A stretch of 64,000 nucleotides of DNA from an uncultured Gammaproteobacteria bacterium (GTDB lineage: Bacteria > Patescibacteriota > Microgenomatia > UBA8517). The position numbers and the translations under genes are program-made. Location: contig CAZDKH010000004.1 in assembly GCA_964506225.1 (NCBI GenBank), positions 3,262 to 67,261 of the forward strand. The letters are read 5' to 3'. Below the pieces are notes generated by a model. It was not told where the DNA came from. It did not search any database and was given only the letters and a program-made list of their open reading frames with translations. Positions 58,215 to 64,000 of this stretch are shown here, piece by piece (position 1 is the first letter of the stretch; every line of letters begins with the position of its first letter).

Positions 58215-59216
58215 ATGTTTGCTTCAGCAAGAATAAAACTCACTGCCTTGTACCTTACCATAATAATGCTTATTAGCTTTGCGTTTAGCGCAATTATCTA
58301 CAAGGGTGTGGAATCAGAGCTTAATAGAAGGTTTGAAGTTTTCGAGCGCAGGCTTGAGGTTGAAGAAATTAGGTTTAGACCCGGCTACATTAGAATCAGA
58401 CAATTTTTGCTGGATGATTTGAACGATGCAAAACACCGAGTGCTTCTTTTTTTAGTTTATGTTAACTTGGGGATTCTTGCCTTTTCCGGAATTGCGGGTT
58501 TTGTTTTGTCGGGAATAACCTTAAAACCAATCCAGGTGGCGATGGATGAGCAAAAACGTTTTGTAGGAGATGCATCCCATGAACTAAGAACCCCGCTAAC
58601 CGCGCTTCGCACAAGTATAGAAGTTGCCCTAAGAGACAAAAAAATGCGTCTTGGTCAAGCCAAAAAGGTTTTAAAAGGAAGTTTGGATGATATTTCCAGA
58701 CTTGAAGATCTTTCGACAAATTTACTTGAACTGGCAAGGCATGAATCAGGTGGCAAGAAAGCTTTTGAAAAAATTGATTTATCTGAAATATTAGAAAGAG
58801 TTTACAAAAAACTCAAGCCTTTATCGCTTATTAAAAAAATAAAAATGAGTTTATCCACTGAGAAAGTTTTCTTTATGGGCGATAAAGAAGCGATAGAAAA
58901 GCTGATAAGCATTTTAACGGACAATGCAATCAAATATACCCCTCGGGGCGGGAAAATATGGTTGAGTGTGGTGAAAGAGGGTAGATTTGCCCGAATAACA
59001 GTTAAAGACACAGGGATTGGTATAGCTAAAAAAGAGATTCCTCATATTTTTGATCGTTTTTACAGAACCGATTCTTCCAGAACAAGGGTTGAGACAAGCG
59101 GGTTTGGCCTGGGGCTTGCTATTGCCAAGAAAATAGTTGAGGAGTATAAAGGTTCAATAGACGTCAAAAGCGAATTGGGTCAAGGTTCTGTCTTCACTGT
59201 AAGACTTCCGCTTTGA
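58215..59216 (+). CDS. sensor histidine kinase (2 TM, HisKA, HATPase_c)
   Basis: H-box DASHELRTPL; N, G1, G2 boxes (DNAIKYT, DTGIGI, GFGLGLAI). Confidence 0.9.
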   Translation: MFASARIKLTALYLTIIMLISFAFSAIIYKGVESELNRRFEVFERRLEVEEIRFRPGYIRIRQFLLDDLNDAKHRVLLFLVYVNLGILAFSGIAGFVLSGITLKPIQVAMDEQKRFVGDASHELRTPLTALRTSIEVALRDKKMRLGQAKKVLKGSLDDISRLEDLSTNLLELARHESGGKKAFEKIDLSEILERVYKKLKPLSLIKKIKMSLSTEKVFFMGDKEAIEKLISILTDNAIKYTPRGGKIWLSVVKEGRFARITVKDTGIGIAKKEIPHIFDRFYRTDSSRTRVETSGFGLGLAIAKKIVEEYKGSIDVKSELGQGSVFTVRLPL

Positions 59217-59281
59217 TTTTTTAAGCATTTTCTCAATTTGTTTTAGTAAAGTTTCCAAAGACAGAAAGGAGGTGAAGAAGA

Positions 59282-59746
59282 ATGGCTAAAAAACTTGTTA
59301 TTCCGACATTTTTGCTAGCAGCCCTAATTACAGTTGTTTTGTATGGATCAAATCAGGTTAGGGCGGAGGATAGTTTTGATTATCCACCGATTGTTACAAG
59401 ACTTGCCGAGCGCTTTGGGGTAAAAGAGGAAGATGTCAAGGAAGTTTTTGAGCAGATTAGGTCCGAGCATCAGGCGGAAATGCAAAAAAGGTTTGAGGAA
59501 AGACTTACCCAGGCAGTGACCGATGGAAAAATAACCGAGGTTCAAAAGAACGCTCTTTTAGAAAAACATCAAGAAATGGTGGCAGATAGGGAAGCAAGAC
59601 GTTTGCAAGAGAGAGAAGAATTTGAGAATTGGGCGGCGCAAGAGGGCCTAAGTCTTGAGACACTCAGAGAAATCTTCCCGGGCCTTGGCTTTGTACATAT
59701 AGGAGGTAGGAGAATGGTGGGTTATTGCTTGAGCAAAGGGGAATAG
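59282..59746 (+). CDS. secreted coiled-coil protein (154 aa), possibly a CpxP/Spy-like periplasmic stress protein
   Basis: Signal peptide; charged helical repeats with one LTQ motif; sits immediately after the TCS. Confidence 0.4.
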   Translation: MAKKLVIPTFLLAALITVVLYGSNQVRAEDSFDYPPIVTRLAERFGVKEEDVKEVFEQIRSEHQAEMQKRFEERLTQAVTDGKITEVQKNALLEKHQEMVADREARRLQEREEFENWAAQEGLSLETLREIFPGLGFVHIGGRRMVGYCLSKGE

Positions 59747-59769
59747 GATTGATTCGGGTACCAAAGAAA

Positions 59770-59800
59770 GACCCCGCAGTCGCGGGGTCTTTTGTTTTTT
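59770..59800 (+). terminator. intrinsic terminator GACCCCGCAGTCGCGGGGTC plus T-tract
   Basis: Read directly; perfect 8-bp GC-rich stem. Confidence 0.8.
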
Positions 59801-59814
59801 CAGTTTTTTCTCAG
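59796..59814 (+). promoter_or_regulatory. second copy of the TTTTTCAGTTTTTTCTCAG box, upstream of the efflux operon
   Basis: Identical 19-mer to 57486-57504. Confidence 0.5.
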
Positions 59815-59833
59815 AAACAAAGTGTTAGAATAC

Positions 59834-61042
59834 ATGCATATGGATAAGTTAAGAGCCTTTTTGGGCTGGTTTTTAAAAGACAAAAAAAGAATTGCAGCGG
59901 CGGTTATAGTTGTTATCTTAGCCTTGTTTTTATACCAGAGATTCTTTGCCAAAAAATCTGAAGAAGTTAATATCCAAACTGCGAAAGTGGAGAGAGGAAC
60001 CATCGTTTCTTCAATTAGTGCCTCTGGAGTAGTTCTCTCGTCACATATAACCCATGTCACAACTAAGGCAAGCGGTATTGTATCCAAGGTCTATGTGACT
60101 GATGGAGAGAAAGTCCAAGCCGGTCAGAAGCTGGCTGAGATTGACTTTGATCCTCAGGGAAAGCAAAATTACCTATCGGCATACTCAAGCTATATAAGTG
60201 CAGTTAACTCTCTTAATTCTGCCAGAAACGCTTATCGCTCAACACAGGCGTCTTTGGCTGTCGTCTATGATCAGATAAAAGGCCACGATACCGATGAAAC
60301 TTTAGAGATGAAGGAAACTCGCACCAAAGCAGAAGTTGCAAATGATAATGCCTATGATGCTCTAAAGCTAGCGGAAGCAAAGCTTGCCGCCGCGGCCCTG
60401 GAGTACCAAAACTACGCTTCTGTCATAATCTCACCGGTTTCTGGAACCATAAGAAGTTTAACTATAGCAGTCGGGATGAATATTGAATCTGCCACAACAA
60501 GCCAGAGAGTAGCTTCGATTGTCAGTGGGGGAACACCTCTTGCATCTTTTAATGTCTCCGAAATTGATGTTTCTCAAATAAAGCCGGGTCTAAAAGCGAC
60601 GATTACCATTGATGCGCTAAGCGACAAAACATTCACAGGAAGTGTTGTAAGTATTGATAGAGTAGGGACAACAACAAACAATGTTACAAATTACCCGGTG
60701 ATTATAAAGTTTGATACTGAGGTGCCAGAGATTTTGCCCAATATGGCGGCATCTGCCAATATCATAATTGAAACAAAAAGTGATTGTTTAGTTGTTCCTG
60801 CAAATGCGATTCGCAATATCTCCGGACAGACAGTGGTCAGAGTAGTAAGAGATGGGCAGGATCAAAATGTGGTTGTTGAAACTGGGATCTCGGATGATAC
60901 GAAAACCGAGATAATATCAGGATTATCCGAAGGTGAGACTGTTATTATCGAAACATCCTCAATTTCCTCCACAACCCAAACTTTTAGGAGTGGTGGCTTC
61001 ATCTTTCCTGGTGGAGGATCACGCTTAGAGACAAGAAGATGA
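59834..61042 (+). CDS. HlyD/MacA-family periplasmic adaptor (membrane fusion protein); start at MHMDK or MDK (the ORF-track start at 59792 lies in the terminator T-tract)
   Basis: N-terminal TM, coiled-coil hairpin, beta-barrel and MP domains; followed by the MacB-like pair. Confidence 0.8.
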   Translation: MHMDKLRAFLGWFLKDKKRIAAAVIVVILALFLYQRFFAKKSEEVNIQTAKVERGTIVSSISASGVVLSSHITHVTTKASGIVSKVYVTDGEKVQAGQKLAEIDFDPQGKQNYLSAYSSYISAVNSLNSARNAYRSTQASLAVVYDQIKGHDTDETLEMKETRTKAEVANDNAYDALKLAEAKLAAAALEYQNYASVIISPVSGTIRSLTIAVGMNIESATTSQRVASIVSGGTPLASFNVSEIDVSQIKPGLKATITIDALSDKTFTGSVVSIDRVGTTTNNVTNYPVIIKFDTEVPEILPNMAASANIIIETKSDCLVVPANAIRNISGQTVVRVVRDGQDQNVVVETGISDDTKTEIISGLSEGETVIIETSSISSTTQTFRSGGFIFPGGGSRLETRR

Positions 61043-61746
61043 GTCTAATTCAGATAAAAAATATTAGCAAAATTTATAAAGCGGGTGAGGTGGAAGTGAA
61101 AGCTCTGGATGATGTTTCTTTTGAGATTCAGAGGGGAGAATTTGTTGCAATAATGGGTCCTTCGGGAAGTGGAAAATCAACCTTGATGCATATTATTGGG
61201 GCTTTGGATAAACCAACTTCAGGACAATATTTTTTGGACGGTGTAAATATTGAGTCAAGAAGCGATGATGAATTGGCTGAGATCAGAAATAAAAAAATTG
61301 GTTTTGTTTTTCAGGTATATAATCTTTTGCCAAGGTTGTCCGCCCTAAAAAACGTTATGATACCCATGATCTATGGGGGAATTAGTCGCGACAAAAGGGA
61401 GAAAATAGCCCGAGAATATTTAGGGATGGTCGGTTTGGGAGATAGACTAACGCACACTGCGTCCCAACTTTCAGGAGGACAACAACAAAGAGTAGCAATT
61501 GCCAGAGCTTTAGTCATGGATCCAAGTATTCTTTTAGCCGATGAGCCAACCGGCAATATTGCAACAGATCAGGCAGAGGAAATTATGAAAATTTTTCAGG
61601 GTTTAAATAAAAAGGGACATACGATTTTGATGATTACCCATGAATCAGAAATTGCAAGATATGCAAAAAGGGTTATACATCTTAGAGATGGGAAAATTGT
61701 TAATGATAGTAAAAACAAAAAGCAAAAGGGGACAAATGGATTATAA
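61039..61746 (+). CDS. MacB/LolD-type ABC ATP-binding protein
   Basis: [33 protein letters not shown]. Confidence 0.9.
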   Translation: MSLIQIKNISKIYKAGEVEVKALDDVSFEIQRGEFVAIMGPSGSGKSTLMHIIGALDKPTSGQYFLDGVNIESRSDDELAEIRNKKIGFVFQVYNLLPRLSALKNVMIPMIYGGISRDKREKIAREYLGMVGLGDRLTHTASQLSGGQQQRVAIARALVMDPSILLADEPTGNIATDQAEEIMKIFQGLNKKGHTILMITHESEIARYAKRVIHLRDGKIVNDSKNKKQKGTNGL

Positions 61747-62956
61747 AGAGCTTCTTGTGGAAAGCTTAATAAGCTTAGCGCTGAACAAAGTTCGGACAGC
61801 ACTTGCAATGCTTGGTGTGATTATTGGTATTGGAAGCGTAATAGCCCTGGTGTCGCTTGGACAAGCTTCTCAAAAATCGGTCACAAACTCAATTCAATCA
61901 TTGGGTACAAATTTATTGACTATCCTACCCGGCTCTCAACAGGCCGGGGGAGTCAGAAGTGCTAGTTTTGTGACCACCTTGACATATGACGACGCAAGGG
62001 CAATTGCTGAGTCAAACCAAATCACTTCTATCAATAAAGTTTCCGCAGAATATCAAGCCAGAGCCCAAATAACGGCAGGTAAAAACAACACAAACACTCA
62101 AGTTATCGGCGTTTTACCAACATATTTTGAGATTAGAAATATCAAACTTGAAAGTGGGGTATTTATCGCGCAAAAACATAATGATGGTTTAAGTAAAGTT
62201 GCAATTATAGGACCGACAACTGCCGAGGACCTTTTTGGTCAAGGGATAGACCCGGTCGGTAAAAGTATTCGGATAAATGGACAGGTATTCAATGTTATCG
62301 GTGTAGCGAGTCCGCGGGGAGGTAGCGGTTTTTTTAGCCAGGATGATATTGTTTATATACCCTTAACAACAGCTCAAAAGCTTCTTTTTGGTGTTGATTA
62401 TGTATCTTCTATTTCCTTGAGCGCAAAAAGTGAGGATGTTGTGGATCAAGCAGAACAGGAGATCACAAATTTGCTTTTGAATCGACATAAAATAAAAAAT
62501 GTGGAGTTGGCTGATTTTCGAATTCAGTCACAAGAAGATATCTTATCAACCGCAACCTCGATAACCGCAACCTTTACAACACTTTTATCCGGTATTGCAG
62601 CAATCTCTTTGGTTGTAGGGGGAATTGGAATAATGAATATAATGCTTGTGACAGTTACCGAACGCACACGAGAGATAGGGCTTAGGAAAGCCTTGGGAGC
62701 TAAAAAGAAGGTTATAATTAATCAATTTTTAATCGAGGCAGTCTGCATCACTTTTATTGGGGGAGTAATTGGAACTGCTTTGGGGATTGGTATTTCTTAT
62801 ATTCTGTCCAGTTCTATGAATTTAGAATTTGTTGTTTCTCTTCCTGCAATTTTTTTGGCCTTTGGGGTTTCAGCCGGGGTGGGAATAATTTTTGGTTGGT
62901 ATCCTGCTCAAAAAGCGGCAAAGCTTGAACCAATAGAAGCTCTTAGATATGAATAA
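61736..62956 (+). CDS. MacB-type FtsX-fold ABC permease (start MDYKELL)
   Basis: N-terminal TM, large periplasmic domain, 3 C-terminal TM helices; overlaps the ATPase gene by 11 nt. Confidence 0.85.
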   Translation: MDYKELLVESLISLALNKVRTALAMLGVIIGIGSVIALVSLGQASQKSVTNSIQSLGTNLLTILPGSQQAGGVRSASFVTTLTYDDARAIAESNQITSINKVSAEYQARAQITAGKNNTNTQVIGVLPTYFEIRNIKLESGVFIAQKHNDGLSKVAIIGPTTAEDLFGQGIDPVGKSIRINGQVFNVIGVASPRGGSGFFSQDDIVYIPLTTAQKLLFGVDYVSSISLSAKSEDVVDQAEQEITNLLLNRHKIKNVELADFRIQSQEDILSTATSITATFTTLLSGIAAISLVVGGIGIMNIMLVTVTERTREIGLRKALGAKKKVIINQFLIEAVCITFIGGVIGTALGIGISYILSSSMNLEFVVSLPAIFLAFGVSAGVGIIFGWYPAQKAAKLEPIEALRYE

Positions 62957-62964
62957 AAAGAAAG

Positions 62965-63375
62965 GTGGTGATTTTAGTGAATAAAAATATTTTGATTAGC
63001 ATTATTTTTGGGGTGATTGGAATTGGAGCTGGATTTTTTGCCGGAATGAAATATCAGGAGAGTAAACTCCCAAACTTTACCAGACAATTGGGAAATAATC
63101 AGGGTCCAAGGGTCACGGGTAATAACACGACAAGAGCAGGTTTTCGGCCTTTCTCAGGAGAAATAATTTCAGGCGATGAAAAATCTATTACGCTTAAACT
63201 GCCAGATGGCAGTAGTAAAATAGTTTTCTTTACTGAAAATACTAAAATTAATAAAGCAGAGGAAAAAGCAAAAGAGGATTTAAAAACGGGAGAAGAGGTG
63301 ATGGTTTTTGGGCAAGAGAATTCAGATGGGAGTGTAACTGCCCAGAATATCCAGCTAAATCAGGCCCTAAGGTAA
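62965..63375 (+). CDS. hypothetical single-pass membrane protein with small beta-rich ectodomain
   Basis: TM ILISIIFGVIGIGAGFFAG. Confidence 0.4.
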   Translation: MVILVNKNILISIIFGVIGIGAGFFAGMKYQESKLPNFTRQLGNNQGPRVTGNNTTRAGFRPFSGEIISGDEKSITLKLPDGSSKIVFFTENTKINKAEEKAKEDLKTGEEVMVFGQENSDGSVTAQNIQLNQALR

Positions 63376-63428
63376 CTTTCTCATTCCCTTTGGTGATAAA
63401 ATTAGAATAAGTAAACTTTGGTTTTGAG

Positions 63429-64000
63429 ATGAAGTCTTTTGTTTTAGTCTCGACTTATCCGCCAAGGCGATGCGGTATTGCCACTTTCAGCCGAGATCTT
63501 CTTGAGGCAACAAAAAAGATTAGTTTATCTAGATTTGACTTCAAGGTGGCAGCAATAGAAAATTCTCTCTCTCCAGTTAAAAGATATCCAAAAGAGGTAA
63601 GTTGGGTGGTCAGTCAAGAAGATAAAAGGGGCTATATAAAACTGGCAGAATCGGTAAATGAGCTAGCAGATGTGATAGCTGTGATTATTCAGCATGAATA
63701 TGGAATCTTCGGTGGGGAATTCGGGTCTTATCTTCTTGAGTTTACAGGCAGGATTAATAAACCAATTATTACCGCTTTTCATACAGTTTTGCCTTCTCCG
63801 GATAAGAAGATGAAGCGGATTACACAAAAGATTATTGACGATTCTAGTAAAGTTATCGTTATGTCTGAGGATTCCAGGCGTCTTCTTCTTGATAATTTTA
63901 TCATTAGTTCCAAAAGTAAAGTTTGTGTGATTCCGCACGGGATTCATCCAGTCATCTTTCAAGACAATCTGCCAATAAAAGCTAGATTGGGATTGCCGGC
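63429..64000 (+). CDS. GT4-family glycosyltransferase, N-terminal fragment; runs off the window
   Basis: LVSTYPPRRCGIATFSRDL and IIQHEYGIFGG, typical of the GT4 N-domain; no stop before the window end. Confidence 0.6.
   Translation, partial: MKSFVLVSTYPPRRCGIATFSRDLLEATKKISLSRFDFKVAAIENSLSPVKRYPKEVSWVVSQEDKRGYIKLAESVNELADVIAVIIQHEYGIFGGEFGSYLLEFTGRINKPIITAFHTVLPSPDKKMKRITQKIIDDSSKVIVMSEDSRRLLLDNFIISSKSKVCVIPHGIHPVIFQDNLPIKARLGLP

Noticed and set aside
63663-63962. 99-aa minus-strand ORF
   Set aside because: It is antisense to the GT4 glycosyltransferase N-terminal domain, which has clear family motifs.
1-64000. UGA or UAG recoding (as in some CPR lineages)
   Set aside because: TGA, TAG and TAA all terminate well-conserved genes at expected lengths (vapC TGA, rplA TAG, many TAA). 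The single in-frame TAG in the ATP-cone ORF is therefore treated as a local anomaly.

Overview
This is a 64-kb window from a low-GC, gene-dense bacterial genome. It has hallmarks of a reduced Patescibacteria/CPR-like lineage: archaeal-type ProRS, short EF-Ts, compact ribosomal operons, and many glycosyltransferases and envelope proteins. The standard code is in use, and TAA, TAG and TGA all terminate conserved genes at the expected lengths. Most of the window is housekeeping: secE-nusG-rplK-rplA, rpmG plus four tRNAs, rnhB, rpsU, def-fmt, mreB-PBP2-dprA-topA, a thymidylate supercluster (dCMP deaminase, a DHFR-kinase fusion, thyA, tmk, glyA, folD), rpsB-tsf-frr, rseP, proS, ybeY, dnaX-ybaB-recR, cysS, tgt, and a two-component system next to a MacAB-like efflux pump. 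The unusual content falls in three places. (i) A four-gene minus-strand cluster (8400-12137) directly upstream of secE encodes an adenylate-kinase-like P-loop kinase, a GT-A-fold transferase, an LnuA/ANT(2'')-family nucleotidyltransferase and a YjjX(ITPase)-Nudix fusion. This is my best candidate for an undescribed nucleotide-centred system. (ii) The 5' 4.2 kb is accessory: a VapBC toxin-antitoxin pair bounded by about 37-bp direct repeats, and a 1.75-kb islet bounded by a diverged duplicate of the rplA 3' end, sitting where rplJ-rplL would normally follow rplA. (iii) Scattered oddities: near-identical palindromes bracketing an unknown gene, an ATP-cone ORF with an in-frame TAG, two frameshifted genes, and a shared direct-repeat box upstream of both the response regulator and the efflux operon. 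I saw no transposase, integrase, CRISPR array or rRNA. All calls come from reading the sequence and the supplied ORF translations; no database searches were run.
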